The notes below the pieces were generated by a model. That model ran no database searches, had not been told where the DNA came from, and was given only the letters and a program-made list of their open reading frames with translations. A stretch of DNA of 64,000 nt, from IMG/VR virus record IMGVR_UViG_2563366974_000010; one strand, 5' to 3'. Both the position numbers and the translations under genes were made by a program. The DNA comes from a virus (Duplodnaviria > Heunggongvirae > Uroviricota > Caudoviricetes). Every line of letters starts with the position of its first letter. Position 1 is the first letter of the stretch. Positions 37,767 to 48,238 of the stretch are shown here, piece after piece.

Positions 37767-38138
37767 ATGGAGTCCCAATTCCCCGCAGCAGATTATGCAG
37801 TAGAGCGTATCTCACTGGACGGCAGGATCATTACAAGCCCAGCGTCGACATATTTGATGCTGGCAGCAGAGACTATCTGGCGCGCAGGCATTATGAAAGA
37901 TGCAATGCTTGTCGTGGACAGCGCTGTACATCCCATTGATGGTTCTATTATCGTATGCCAGTTCAACGGTGAACTTCGTCTTAAGCGCTTGAGGTTAGCT
38001 CCTGCTCGATGCCTTGAAGATCTTAACTATCCAGACCGGCATCAGATGCTGACGTCTGAAACTCTCATTATGGGAGTTGTGACATATATCATCAACGATG
38101 CCCGTAGTGGTGAGTTTGACGACAGCCCGGTGATCTGA
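37767..38138 (+). CDS. UmuD-prime-like protein (truncated UmuD homologue lacking cleavage site)
   Basis: S24-fold C-terminal region with LKRL Lys motif; PAADY motif; no N-terminal extension with Cys-Gly cleavage site; canonical GDSM appears replaced (ETIW). Confidence 0.65.
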   Translation: MESQFPAADYAVERISLDGRIITSPASTYLMLAAETIWRAGIMKDAMLVVDSAVHPIDGSIIVCQFNGELRLKRLRLAPARCLEDLNYPDRHQMLTSETLIMGVVTYIINDARSGEFDDSPVI

Positions 38139-39406
38139 TGTTTGCCCTGGTTGATGTAAATTCATTTTATGCGAGTTGTGAGACGGTATTCAGGCCTGAC
38201 CTGAAAGGAAAACCGGTTGTTGTGCTGTCGAATAACGATGGCTGCGTGATTGCGCGCTCTGCTGAAGCGAAACTGCTCGGCGTCAAAATGGGTGACCCGT
38301 ACTTCAAACAGAAAGACCTGTTCACGCGGTGCGGAGTTGTCTGCTTCAGCAGCAATTACGAGCTCTATGCGGACATGTCCAACCGGGTGATGACAACGCT
38401 CGAAGAGATGTCGCCGCGCTGCGAAATATACTCAATAGACGAGGCTTTCTGTGACCTTACCGGGGTTCGTAATTGCAGAGTTCTGGAAGACTTTGGACAG
38501 GAACTAAAGGACGCTGTATACCGTAACACGCGGCTTGCTGTCGGCGTTGGGATAGGGCAGACAAAGACACTGGCGAAACTGGCAAATCATGCTGCAAAAC
38601 GATGGCAGCACAAGACAGGTGGAGTTGTTGACCTGTCTAACGTCGAGCGTCAGCGCAAACTGATGGCAGCACTTCCTGTTGATGAGACATGGGGAGTGGG
38701 CCGGCGCATTACCAAAAAGCTCGAGGCTATGGGGATCAAGACGGTTCTCGACCTGGCTGATACTGACATACGATTTATTCGTAAACATTTTAATGTGGTT
38801 TTGGAAAGGACTGTGCGTGAGCTGCGAGGAGAGCAGTGTCTAGAACTGGAAGAGTTTGCACCCGTAAAACAAGAGATTGTATGTAGCCGCTCATTCGGCG
38901 AACGAGTCACTGAATACGATGCAATGCGGCAGGCTATCTGTAGCTACGCGTCGCGAGCAGCGGAGAAGTTGCGTGGAGAGCATCAGTATTGCCGGTTTAT
39001 CTCTGCGTTCGTCAAAACGTCACCATTCGCGCTTAATGAGCCATATTACGGTAACAGCGCATCGGTGAAGTTGCTGACACCGACGCAAGATAGCCGGGAC
39101 ATCATTGCGGCGGCCACTAAGTGCCTTGATGCTATATGGAAAGATGGTCACCGATACCAGAAAGCGGGCGTGATGCTCGGAGACTTCTTCAGTCAGGGCG
39201 TCGCACAACTTAACCTGTTTGATGACAATGCACCTCGCGTCGGAAGTGAGAAGCTGATGGAAGTTCTGGATCAACTCAACACTAAAGGCGGGAGAGGTAC
39301 GCTGTATTTTGCAGGGCAGGGCATCCAGCAGCAGTGGGCGATGAAACGAGAAATGCTTTCGCCGCGGTACACAACAAGATTTTCCGATCTGCTGCGCGTT
39401 AAGTAA
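38138..39406 (+). CDS. umuC: Y-family DNA polymerase UmuC (Pol V catalytic subunit)
   Basis: N-terminus [15 protein letters not shown] and overall UmuC-like sequence. Confidence 0.9.
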   Translation: MFALVDVNSFYASCETVFRPDLKGKPVVVLSNNDGCVIARSAEAKLLGVKMGDPYFKQKDLFTRCGVVCFSSNYELYADMSNRVMTTLEEMSPRCEIYSIDEAFCDLTGVRNCRVLEDFGQELKDAVYRNTRLAVGVGIGQTKTLAKLANHAAKRWQHKTGGVVDLSNVERQRKLMAALPVDETWGVGRRITKKLEAMGIKTVLDLADTDIRFIRKHFNVVLERTVRELRGEQCLELEEFAPVKQEIVCSRSFGERVTEYDAMRQAICSYASRAAEKLRGEHQYCRFISAFVKTSPFALNEPYYGNSASVKLLTPTQDSRDIIAAATKCLDAIWKDGHRYQKAGVMLGDFFSQGVAQLNLFDDNAPRVGSEKLMEVLDQLNTKGGRGTLYFAGQGIQQQWAMKREMLSPRYTTRFSDLLRVK

Positions 39407-40070
39407 CGAGTTCAATCAACTCCGGCCCCTGATTTTTCACATTACCAACGGAGCGCGTCACGGCGTGCCAGATAAACTTGTCGGCGGAAACCGCTCCGTC
39501 GGCTGCTATCTCTTCCGCTTCTTTCCCGCCTATATCCTGGCGCATCCACTCACGGGCCGCTTCAGGTGACAGAACAAGCGGCCGTCTGTCGTGAATGTCG
39601 ACCAGTCCTTTATCAGCTGCAGATGTCACTATCAGAAAGCCCTCAGCGTCATCACCGCGCTCAAATGGCGTGCTGCCTATAGCTGCCATAAAGATTGGCT
39701 GACCGTCGGCACGGTGAATGAAGTAGGGCTGTTTCTTGTCGCCTTCCTTTTTCCATTCGAACCAGCCATCAGCAAAGCAGATCGCCCGGCCATGTTGCCA
39801 GAGAGGTTTGAACATTCGGCTGGTGGCTGCGGTTTCGACGCGTGAGTTAATCAGCGGCGGTTTATCCCACCACCCGGGAGCGTATCCCCAGAACACTGGA
39901 TCGAGATGCAGCTGCTCGTCGCGTTCGCTCAGCAGCAGAACTTTGGTGCCTGGCGCAACGTTGTAGCGTCCAATCGGCTCCGGGTCGTACGCGATGTCGC
40001 GATCGGCTTCATCCGCCAGGTAAGCCAGGTATTCTTCACGCGTTTGAGCTTGTGCAAAACGTCCACACAT
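39399..40070 (-). CDS. yedK: SOS-response-associated peptidase (SRAP / YedK-like)
   Basis: Starts MCGRF (catalytic Cys2 hallmark of SRAP/HMCES proteins); about 223 aa. Confidence 0.85.
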   Translation of the reverse strand: MCGRFAQAQTREEYLAYLADEADRDIAYDPEPIGRYNVAPGTKVLLLSERDEQLHLDPVFWGYAPGWWDKPPLINSRVETAATSRMFKPLWQHGRAICFADGWFEWKKEGDKKQPYFIHRADGQPIFMAAIGSTPFERGDDAEGFLIVTSAADKGLVDIHDRRPLVLSPEAAREWMRQDIGGKEAEEIAADGAVSADKFIWHAVTRSVGNVKNQGPELIELVT

Positions 40071-40233
40071 AGGAACCTCCAGCCAGATGTCAGACTGAAA
40101 GTATAGGGTAGGGAGAAAAAACTGGTGCGCACCGAAACTCTATGATTTTGAAACAGGGGCATGATGATGGAAGTCATCGAGGCGGTAAAGCGGGGTTTTG
40201 CGAAACTGGAAGGAGCTACGCAAAACGCAGCTG

Positions 40234-40276
40234 AAAAAAAAGCACGCTTCGTACAAAGTGTACATTAAAGCGTGCT
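40234..40276 (-). terminator. Intrinsic terminator downstream of yciB
   Basis: AGCACGCTT / AAGCGTGCT stem with 8-nt U-run on minus strand. Confidence 0.6.
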
Positions 40277-40344
40277 TTTAATCATAATTTCATGTCAATA
40301 TCATAACTAACTAATTGAAATTGATGTGTTTTAAGTGTTATTTA

Positions 40345-40881
40345 TTACTTCTCTTCCTGCGGCATGTGGCGGTAGATATAGATACCGCTTAACAATGTGA
40401 AGATTAAGGTAAGGGCGGTCAGGCCAAAGACTTTAAAGTTGACCCAAATATTTTGCGGCAGCCAGAATGCGATGTAGATGTTTGCCAGACCGCAAAGGAT
40501 AAAGAAAACAGCCCAGGCCAGATTCAGCTTCGACCATACCGATTGCGGCAGGGTGAGTTCTTTACCCAGCATCCGCTGAATTAGCGGCTTTTTCATCACC
40601 CATTGGCTGACTAACAGGGCACCCGCAAACAGGGCATAAATGACAGTAACCTTCCATTTAATAAACTCATCATTGTGGAAGAACAGCGTCAAGCCACCGA
40701 AGACGACCACCAGAACAAAAGTGATCAGGGCCATCTTCTCAACCTTACGAAAGCGAACCCAGCTATATATAAGCACAATCGCCGTGGCGACGATGAGCGC
40801 CGCAGTAGCCGCATAGATGTCATAAATCTTGTAAAACGCGAAAAAGACAACCAGCGGTAAAAAATCAAGAAACTGCTTCAT
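40345..40881 (-). CDS. yciB: Inner membrane protein YciB (intracellular septation protein A)
   Basis: [27 protein letters not shown]... multi-TM protein recognised as YciB. Confidence 0.85.
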   Translation of the reverse strand: MKQFLDFLPLVVFFAFYKIYDIYAATAALIVATAIVLIYSWVRFRKVEKMALITFVLVVVFGGLTLFFHNDEFIKWKVTVIYALFAGALLVSQWVMKKPLIQRMLGKELTLPQSVWSKLNLAWAVFFILCGLANIYIAFWLPQNIWVNFKVFGLTALTLIFTLLSGIYIYRHMPQEEK

Positions 40882-40910
40882 TTTACGATTCCGTAATCAA
40901 ATGCTTAAGG

Positions 40911-41654
40911 TTATTGGCGAATCAACATATACAGGCGGAACAGATAGATGAGCAATACGGCTGAAATCAGGTTGCTCAAGGTGTTCGCCAGTACGGCACC
41001 AATTTCCGGGGTTAATGCGGCAAAAGAAGAGGCAAAAAGCAGCAACAGTGTTTTTGCCAGCAACCAGCTCAGTACTGCGGGTGCCACCAGACGCATATTC
41101 GCCCATGTCAGCCGCATACTGCTACGCATCGAGGCAAAAACGCCCATTTTGTCCTGTACCAGCATCACCGGTGCCAGAGCCAGTAAAATGGCCATGATAA
41201 TTCCCGGAACGACCACCAGCATGATGCCAATCTGTACTAAAAGGGTAGTCAGAAAAATCAGAATAAATAACTTTGGTAATATCGGCGCACTGGCACCAAT
41301 AGCTCGCAGCGCACTGACTCTCTGACCCGCAGACACCAGCTGGATAATTAATATTACGCCCCCGGCGAGAATGGCGTTACCGATTAATCCTGAAAAAGTG
41401 GACGCCGCTGAAGCCTGCAGCAAAATTTGTTGCTGTTCCGGTGACATATTCTGAACCAGGTCGAACAACCCACTACTGCCGCTAACGGGTACGCCGTCAT
41501 TGAGCTGCGCAAGCTGTGCATCACTGGGTGAGAAAACATGCCCTAACACCACTGTGATAAACGCACATAGCAACGATACCAACAGAATGGTCATAAATTG
41601 ATTACGGAAAAAATTTCCGGTGTCACGGTATACGGACTGCGCCGTGATAGACAT
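40911..41654 (-). CDS. yciC: Membrane protein YciC (UPF0259)
   Basis: 247-aa multi-TM protein adjacent to yciB and ompW. Confidence 0.8.
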   Translation of the reverse strand: MSITAQSVYRDTGNFFRNQFMTILLVSLLCAFITVVLGHVFSPSDAQLAQLNDGVPVSGSSGLFDLVQNMSPEQQQILLQASAASTFSGLIGNAILAGGVILIIQLVSAGQRVSALRAIGASAPILPKLFILIFLTTLLVQIGIMLVVVPGIIMAILLALAPVMLVQDKMGVFASMRSSMRLTWANMRLVAPAVLSWLLAKTLLLLFASSFAALTPEIGAVLANTLSNLISAVLLIYLFRLYMLIRQ

Positions 41655-42009
41655 GCACTCTCCTTGAGTTTTATGCAGGTGTTAATTAGCGGGCAATTGT
41701 ACCCTGGTTAAGCCCCGGGTGGCAGCATCAGGTCTTGTATGGAAAAGCATATCTTTGTAAAGCGGAGGTAATTGCTGGCCTTCAGGCGTGGGCAAACCGC
41801 TGAAAGTGGCGAGCGAGTTAATATTTGCGTAGCGAAATATATAAAAATTGATTTAAATCACATTAACCAGGATTTTCAATGCAACTTCTAAATTAATCCA
41901 GATCAATAAAGGGTGAATTACCATATGTAATGTGATCTGTGTAGGATCATTTGTTACCCCAATGTGGGTATATTCGTCACGTTTTTATAACCATAACGAC
42001 GGAGCGGAT

Positions 42010-42648
42010 ATGAAAAAGTTAACAGTGGCGGCTTTGGCAGTAGCAACTCTTCTCTCTGGCAGTGCCTTTGCACATGAAGCCGGCGAATTTTTTATGCGTG
42101 CAGGTTCTGCAACCGTACGTCCAACAGAAGGTGCTGGTGGTACGTTAGGAAGTTTGGGTGGATTCAGCGTGACCAATAACACTCAACTGGGCCTGACGTT
42201 TACTTATATGGCGACCGACAACATTGGTGTGGAATTACTGGCAGCAACGCCGTTCCGCCATAAAATCGGCACCCGGGCGACCGGCGATATTGCAACCGTT
42301 CATCATCTGCCGCCAACACTGATGGCGCAGTGGTATTTTGGTGATGCCAGCAGCAAATTCCGTCCTTACGTTGGTGCAGGTATTAACTACACCACCTTCT
42401 TTGATAATGGATTTAACGATCATGGCAAAGAGGCGGGGCTTTCCGATCTCAGTCTGAAAGACTCTTGGGGAGCTGCCGGGCAGGTGGGGGTTGATTATCT
42501 GATTAACCGTGACTGGTTGGTTAACATGTCAGTGTGGTACATGGATATCGATACCACGGCTAAGTACAAATCTGGTGTTACTACCGTAAAAGACTCGGTA
42601 CGACTGGATCCGTGGGTGTTTATGTTCTCCGCAGGATATCGTTTTTAA
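42010..42648 (+). CDS. ompW: Outer membrane protein OmpW
   Basis: Signal peptide MKKLTVAALAVATLLSGSAFA; C-terminal AGYRF beta-barrel signature. Confidence 0.85.
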   Translation: MKKLTVAALAVATLLSGSAFAHEAGEFFMRAGSATVRPTEGAGGTLGSLGGFSVTNNTQLGLTFTYMATDNIGVELLAATPFRHKIGTRATGDIATVHHLPPTLMAQWYFGDASSKFRPYVGAGINYTTFFDNGFNDHGKEAGLSDLSLKDSWGAAGQVGVDYLINRDWLVNMSVWYMDIDTTAKYKSGVTTVKDSVRLDPWVFMFSAGYRF

Positions 42649-42654
42649 TTTTCT

Positions 42655-42687
42655 CTGCAAAACCTCTGCAAAACCCCTCTGCAAAAC
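42655..42687 (+). repeat. Three direct copies of CTGCAAAAC between ompW stop and terminator hairpin
   Basis: Copies at 42655, 42666, 42679. Confidence 0.5.
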
Positions 42688-42711
42688 TGGTCATCAAATG
42701 ACCAGTTTTTT
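42687..42711 (+). terminator. ompW intrinsic terminator (also encodes last codons of integrase on opposite strand)
   Basis: CTGGTCAT-caa-ATGACCAG then T6. Confidence 0.6.
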
Positions 42712-43824
42712 CCATTCCTTACCGCGTGCGTCGTTGTAAATATCGGTCATTTTTTGATTCGAATGGCCCAGCAAAATTTTGGTATCAACCCCCTGCTCTC
42801 TGAACAATCGCTCTGATAAAGATCTCTGCTCATGGAAAGAGGGTGGGGTGCCATTAGCACGCCAGTTGTAATCCACAGAATCCCGGGCTTTTTTAAATGC
42901 AACGGTTAATGTTGCTGGCTTAACCATCCCGCCGCGCTTAGCTGTCCCTTTCGCGTGATGGTGGTGCAATAGCCACGGACTAAGAACGCAATCGCGGCAG
43001 GATGACACCACATCATCTAGGGTGAGATTTAATTTATCGCAACGCAGAGCCAGAGGGATGGCAATCCGGGTTCCTGTTTTTTGCTGTTCGACATGAAGAT
43101 AACCATCCCGGATATCCGAAAATTGCATTTTGCAAATATCTGAAAGGCGCTGGCCTGTCATCAGTGCCAGCAGCATACCGCGCTGTAAAAAGTAACCATC
43201 CTTTTCCGCTGCGTTATAAATCATCATCCACTCATCAAAAGTCAGTCGCTGTCTTGATATCCGCACCTGCGGTTTTTTTGCCGATTCTGCAGGGTTAAAG
43301 CCTGGCGGGACATCGCCCGTTTGCTGAGCTTCCCGGAAAACATCGATCAGTACTTTCCTGAAAATTTGTCCCATTCTGTTATGTCCTCTGGCCTTGTACT
43401 CTTCCAGTACTGATACCACATCTTTTACGGTTATGGCATCTAACGGTCTGGTGCCAAAACGTTCATCAAATACCCTGAGAGGGGCCGCTTTCTGTTTCAG
43501 CGTGTTGAGTTTGATCTCGCCGTTTTCATATCTTTCCTGTTGAATTTTTCTGTAATTATTCAGAAAAATGGTAACGGTTGATGAACCGCCGGTGTCACTA
43601 ATAATTTTCTCCTGCAGACTGAGCATTTGTTCCATTTGCTGCCGGGCAAGACGGCTGTTCGCTTCTGCTGCAATAGTTTCTGCCAGTTTCTGGTCAATAC
43701 TGCCGAGACCGTGATTTTTGCCTGTTATGGGATGCCTGTAACGCCAGTAAACTTTGTTATTTCTTTTGTCAAAATACGGAGATAATCCCGGAACATCGGT
43801 TTTATATTTTCGCGGGCGCGCCAT
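42694..43824 (-). CDS. int: Tyrosine recombinase / phage integrase
   Basis: 376 aa; C-terminal catalytic-domain character (HELRHT-like region, LLGHSNQKMTDIY); adjacent to att-like junction. Confidence 0.85.
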   Translation of the reverse strand: MARPRKYKTDVPGLSPYFDKRNNKVYWRYRHPITGKNHGLGSIDQKLAETIAAEANSRLARQQMEQMLSLQEKIISDTGGSSTVTIFLNNYRKIQQERYENGEIKLNTLKQKAAPLRVFDERFGTRPLDAITVKDVVSVLEEYKARGHNRMGQIFRKVLIDVFREAQQTGDVPPGFNPAESAKKPQVRISRQRLTFDEWMMIYNAAEKDGYFLQRGMLLALMTGQRLSDICKMQFSDIRDGYLHVEQQKTGTRIAIPLALRCDKLNLTLDDVVSSCRDCVLSPWLLHHHHAKGTAKRGGMVKPATLTVAFKKARDSVDYNWRANGTPPSFHEQRSLSERLFREQGVDTKILLGHSNQKMTDIYNDARGKEWKKLVI

Positions 43825-44050
43825 CTTCCAGTATCCTCTTCAAAGCAGGGTGATCTGTGGCGATCACCTCCGGCTTGTTTACCATTCCGACAAAGCGAGC
43901 TTGCGGATCCACTCGCCAGCGTCTTCCAACTTTTTTGGGGAGAGGAAATATCATTCCGGCTTTAGCGTATTTACTTAACGTACTCGGAGTAGGGACCGGT
44001 TCACTGAATTCCTCCTTTGCCCACTCAGTGAGCAGAATAAGTCTTGCCAT
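43802..44050 (-). CDS. xis: Excisionase-like protein
   Basis: 82-aa protein overlapping integrase start. Confidence 0.55.
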   Translation of the reverse strand: MARLILLTEWAKEEFSEPVPTPSTLSKYAKAGMIFPLPKKVGRRWRVDPQARFVGMVNKPEVIATDHPALKRILEDGAPAKI

Positions 44051-44114
44051 GAGCGTCGTTCGCTAATCATGGTCGCCGCCACTATAGCTGGTGGGCAACG
44101 ACCGGGGTTGAACA

Positions 44115-46586
44115 TTAAAAATCAGCCTGATTTGGGATCAGTTTTTGCCAGATAGCTGAAACGTATTTTGCCTGGTAACGGGCGTCATCAAGTGCATTAT
44201 GGCGCTCACCTTCGAATGGAATAGCCGTTCTGGCATCGAAGTCTATGGCTTTCCCCAGCTCAACGATTGTGCGTACATCGCGATCGTTGTAGTAACGCCA
44301 CGGGCAGGGGATCCCCTGCCGTTCGTATGAACGGCGCAAAATCGTGTTGTCGAAGTTGGCTCCATTTCCCCAAACCTGAACAAAAAATTCACCGGAGTTT
44401 TCGTCGATAAATTCCCGCAATTGTAACAGTGCATCATCTAACGGGATTTCATCGGTCATAATGGCAGATTGCGCTTCGCGTGATTGCTTAAGCCACCATT
44501 TAATGGTGTCCCGATCAATGACTCCGCCAGCAGTTTCCAGATCGATAGTCTTACTAAATTCCGGTCCCATATCTCCGGTTTGCGGATCGAAAAATATTGC
44601 ACCTATTGAGATGATCGGGGCATCAGGATTTTTTCCCATGGTTTCAAGGTCGATCATTAGATGGTCACACGTCCTGCTGGTGGATGTGATTTCGTGATGA
44701 CCGTTCACCTTAATTGGGTGATCTGCCGTCTCGCCAGTTTCATTATCGCTATTGTGATGCTGATTGCCGCCAGTGTTCTCCTTGTGTGGATGTTCAGCGC
44801 CTTCCATTTCCTCCGGATCATCTTCCTGAACTTCAACCTGATACTCTTCATCGAATGTTTCTTGGTATGTTGCGTCGCCCATCACCGCGCCACAATCAGG
44901 ACAGTTGCCGCCGCCGGTCTGACCGCAGGCGGTGCAGGCTTTTTCCACTTCCTGGTGCGCCACTGGTTCAGGCTGTTTCGTTTCTGGCTCGTTTTGTAAC
45001 GCATTTGGACTGTTTTGTTCCGCTTTTTGGTAGTTCCGTTCCGATTCATGCTGGTTCTGGCTCACAGAATCGCGGGTCTGGATCCCCTTAAGCCATTTCG
45101 GATCATTCGGGTCACTAATCCCTTCAACAAATTCACCACGTGATGCAGCAAGCAACTTATCGGCGTCAGGCTGGCTGATATTGGCTGCCTGCATAATTTT
45201 GTTTACTTCGTCAGCGGTAACTTTTATCGGCTCTGGTTGTTCTGAATCTTCAGCGGTATCTACATTTTGCGGTAAGCCCGTGTATGTGCCATTTTTTCGG
45301 GCAAAATATTCTTCTTTTGTGATTTCAGTGGCGCCAGCAGCCAGTGCCTTATCCAGACCAGAAAGTTTGTTTGCGCGACCGTATTTTTCTCCGTCCTTAT
45401 CTGCGAAGAGGAAATAGAACGGCCCCTCACGCTCTACAGATGGTTCAGCTTCCGGCGCGGTTTCATTTTTTGGGATATCAGATACCTCAGTTTCCACTGC
45501 ATCAGTTTGTGTTTCTGATGACTGGAGAACATCAACAGTGCCCAGGTCTGTTTCTTCATTCTCAAACACGCCCTTTGTCGTCAGGTATTCGCAGATATAT
45601 TTGTTCAGTGCTACGGGATCTTTGTGAATGTCGATCGGACGCTCACGGACAAGGCCAAAAATAGTTTGGCGGTCGTAGCGAAGGGCATCAGGCTGTTTGC
45701 GCATTGATGCCGAGATACGCTTCCAGTCTTCGCGGTCGTTGTCGATAACTTCTTTTTTTGCCCAGCGATGGATGCTGCCGTCAATGTTTCCGGCATCCAC
45801 ATCACCAGGCCAGAGAGCGTAGGCCAGTTCGTCATCCAGTGTTTTCCATGTCTGCTTGTATTCGCGATGAATGGCAGCAATGACCGGGCTGATTTTTCCT
45901 GTTGAATTTTCAGTGTACTGTTGATTGGCTCTGGCGCGGGCGAGATCAACAACAGACGTGTATTTTCCGGTTTCCTTGCGTTCACCTTCGCGACGTTTTT
46001 TCCAGATGCGCATCTCTGCCTGAATTTCGGGCCATTTAGCACCAGGAATACATTTATGCTTAACCCACCCAATGGCGTGCAACTTAAGCTCCGGATACAT
46101 GGCGTTAACTTCTGGCATTTTCATCAACGCTTCAACGATATGTCCGTCGAATGTTGCCATGTCTTCCTGCAACAATTCCTGTGCGCTAATAACCATATCA
46201 ACGGTGATGTTTTCACATGTGTCGAACTTAACCATGACAGCGTTCTGTACTTCAGGGGCCAGCTTGTCAAAAGTGACGTTCATCGGATCGGATTCAGTCT
46301 CGACCGGAACAAAGGAAGCAGACGCCTCATCCCAGCGGTTTTCCTGCATATATTCAGCATCCCAGGAATCGAGGGCAGGGCGGGGTATACCGGGTTTATC
46401 CTCGCAAACAAGAAATTTATAAGCGCAGTCCTGAGCAGCCGGATAATGTTCCAGGAATTGCCAGTGAAATTTTGCGCGGGCGCGACGTTCATCACCGGCT
46501 TCAATGGCAGTGGCTACAGCGACGGCACCTTCTTCCTTTATTGCCTGTTCGTCCGGAATGGCGGCGCAAATAAAGACTTTACTCAT
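44115..46586 (-). CDS. Large protein (823 aa) with C-terminal DEDDh-type 3'-5' exonuclease domain and internal zinc ribbon
   Basis: Motifs MIDLETMG, VWGNGANFD, HNALDDARY; CxxC...CxxC (CTACGQTGGGNCPDCG). Confidence 0.6.
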   Translation of the reverse strand: MSKVFICAAIPDEQAIKEEGAVAVATAIEAGDERRARAKFHWQFLEHYPAAQDCAYKFLVCEDKPGIPRPALDSWDAEYMQENRWDEASASFVPVETESDPMNVTFDKLAPEVQNAVMVKFDTCENITVDMVISAQELLQEDMATFDGHIVEALMKMPEVNAMYPELKLHAIGWVKHKCIPGAKWPEIQAEMRIWKKRREGERKETGKYTSVVDLARARANQQYTENSTGKISPVIAAIHREYKQTWKTLDDELAYALWPGDVDAGNIDGSIHRWAKKEVIDNDREDWKRISASMRKQPDALRYDRQTIFGLVRERPIDIHKDPVALNKYICEYLTTKGVFENEETDLGTVDVLQSSETQTDAVETEVSDIPKNETAPEAEPSVEREGPFYFLFADKDGEKYGRANKLSGLDKALAAGATEITKEEYFARKNGTYTGLPQNVDTAEDSEQPEPIKVTADEVNKIMQAANISQPDADKLLAASRGEFVEGISDPNDPKWLKGIQTRDSVSQNQHESERNYQKAEQNSPNALQNEPETKQPEPVAHQEVEKACTACGQTGGGNCPDCGAVMGDATYQETFDEEYQVEVQEDDPEEMEGAEHPHKENTGGNQHHNSDNETGETADHPIKVNGHHEITSTSRTCDHLMIDLETMGKNPDAPIISIGAIFFDPQTGDMGPEFSKTIDLETAGGVIDRDTIKWWLKQSREAQSAIMTDEIPLDDALLQLREFIDENSGEFFVQVWGNGANFDNTILRRSYERQGIPCPWRYYNDRDVRTIVELGKAIDFDARTAIPFEGERHNALDDARYQAKYVSAIWQKLIPNQADF

Positions 46587-46678
46587 TTTGTTTTACCTCA
46601 TTACAGATTTAAGGGTGAACAAATCCCTGCCATTGCTGGCATATAAGAATGAAATCGGATGTTTATTACGGAACTGTT

Positions 46679-46870
46679 TTAAAGACCTGCCGGGATTTCG
46701 TTATTATCCTGGTGAATAACTTTATCGACCGGATAACAGTTGCCTGGAATTTTCTGTTCGGTTGCTGCAGTCACACACTCCTGCATTGTCCTGTGAACAC
46801 TGACTGCAGTATCAACTGGCTCTCCGGAAACAAGAAAAACTGTCAGAACAAGTGCAAATGCTGTATTCAT
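46679..46870 (-). CDS. Small secreted protein (63 aa)
   Basis: Signal peptide MNTAFALVLTVFLVSG; two Cys in mature part; start overlaps upstream stop. Confidence 0.4.
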   Translation of the reverse strand: MNTAFALVLTVFLVSGEPVDTAVSVHRTMQECVTAATEQKIPGNCYPVDKVIHQDNNEIPAGL

Positions 46871-47055
46871 TGCCAGCATCCTTTTTGTATCGGACGTAAA
46901 CGGGCCAACATTGAAAGAATGCATATTTTATTTAATAGCTCCCGTTCGTGTTTTCTCTTGTTAATGGCATCTTCAGTAAATACAGGGTTACTGATAGTGA
47001 CACCAATTTCAAAACAACCTTCAGACGTATTAACGTTTGGTAATAACGTTTCCAT
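46867..47055 (-). CDS. Hypothetical small protein (62 aa)
   Basis: GAGG RBS; coupled to downstream secreted protein gene. Confidence 0.35.
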   Translation of the reverse strand: METLLPNVNTSEGCFEIGVTISNPVFTEDAINKRKHERELLNKICILSMLARLRPIQKGCWQ

Positions 47056-47620
47056 TATCGCGTCCTCAACAATGAATTTTGTGATGCGGTGCCTGGTGCT
47101 TCCAGGTGACGTTAACCAGTTAACAATTAACGCCGGATACAGAGAATCCACCCATAACACTGTTTTTGGTTTTAACTGTTCCGCGTGCGCTTAGCCGCAT
47201 TCACCGCATCACAAAATTCACTTTAAAAAGGGCGGCAGAGCAGTCACGGAGTAAAACTGATACCGCCAAACGTCACCAGAAAATTGATAACAGAGGGCGT
47301 TGCAGCGGGGTTGTCACTTAAGCGTATGGTCAACCTGACAACCCGGTGTCCTCAACGGTGGAAGGAATAACCCCGCCATACTTACCGCCGCGCCATTTCG
47401 CGGATTGCCACAACCGGAAGCGCACGGTCGACGAAAATTTAACGACAGGCTATCTATGAACCAGCTACCTCGCCGTGCGCTTTCGCGTTATGGTCTGACT
47501 TTTCAGGGAAATATCCTTTCAGTAAACTGTCAGTGCCGGATGCTCACCCGTGTCCGGCGCACGCACTCCACCTCACCCGTGGAGAACTCCTTAATTACCA
47601 ACCTTAGCTTCGTTGGTTAG

Positions 47621-47842
47621 CTATTCACGCGGGTATGTAATCATTCTGGCAATGCTTAATGCCGCTGCTTTTTCCAGATTGGTGATATCCTGCTCCAGAG
47701 CGGACAGATTTTCAGCCTGCTTAGCCCTGGCTTCATTGGCCCATTTCAAATCCTGCGCTGCATTAATTTTCTGGCGCATCCACTCATAAAGTTCATCATC
47801 GGTATAGTCTGGCGCGATGATGACGGGTTCTCGTTTCTGCAT
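47621..47842 (-). CDS. Hypothetical protein (73 aa)
   Basis: ORF track; early-left region. Confidence 0.45.
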   Translation of the reverse strand: MQKREPVIIAPDYTDDELYEWMRQKINAAQDLKWANEARAKQAENLSALEQDITNLEKAAALSIARMITYPRE

Positions 47843-47871
47843 ACTGATTCCTCGCGGTGCTGCTTCGCTTA

Positions 47872-48000
47872 TCAGCCGTTAGATTTTGCCGAGCTGGAAA
47901 GCGCCTGTTTAAACTCACTGAAGCTGAGAGCTTCTTCGCCTTCGGCAAGGCCTTCGAAGTATTCTTCGTAAGCCTTTTCCATGATTGTGTCGAAATCCAT
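47872..48000 (-). CDS. Hypothetical acidic small protein (42 aa)
   Basis: AGGTGA RBS; manual translation MDFDTIMEKAYEEYFEGL... Confidence 0.3.
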   Translation of the reverse strand: MDFDTIMEKAYEEYFEGLAEGEEALSFSEFKQALSSSAKSNG

Positions 48001-48001
48001 A

Positions 48002-48238
48002 TCACTCACCTGAGTTTCTTTCCAGCCAGCGACGGGCACCATTTTCGGTTTTAAACGTTTTGCTTTTGGTATACGTCATCGCGGTGAACGTACCGTCCTG
48101 GTTGGGGAACACGCCACATACCAGAGATTCGCTGTTGCCAAGATCGATAGTATCCATGCTGACCTCATTTCCCCTTAACGCCGGGGTAGCGGAACAAAAA
48201 CCTGCTGCATAGTTATTAAAGTTGAACCCTGCCGTCAT
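48002..48238 (-). CDS. Hypothetical protein (78 aa)
   Basis: ORF track. Confidence 0.4.
   Translation of the reverse strand: MTAGFNFNNYAAGFCSATPALRGNEVSMDTIDLGNSESLVCGVFPNQDGTFTAMTYTKSKTFKTENGARRWLERNSGE

Noticed and set aside
44461-46646. Plus-strand ORFs overlapping the exonuclease gene (for example 44661..45091, 45921..46646)
   Set aside because: Antisense to a large well-supported minus-strand gene; low-complexity translations
46649-47194. 181-aa plus-strand ORF
   Set aside because: Antisense to two translationally coupled minus-strand small genes with RBSs and a signal peptide; composition looks non-coding
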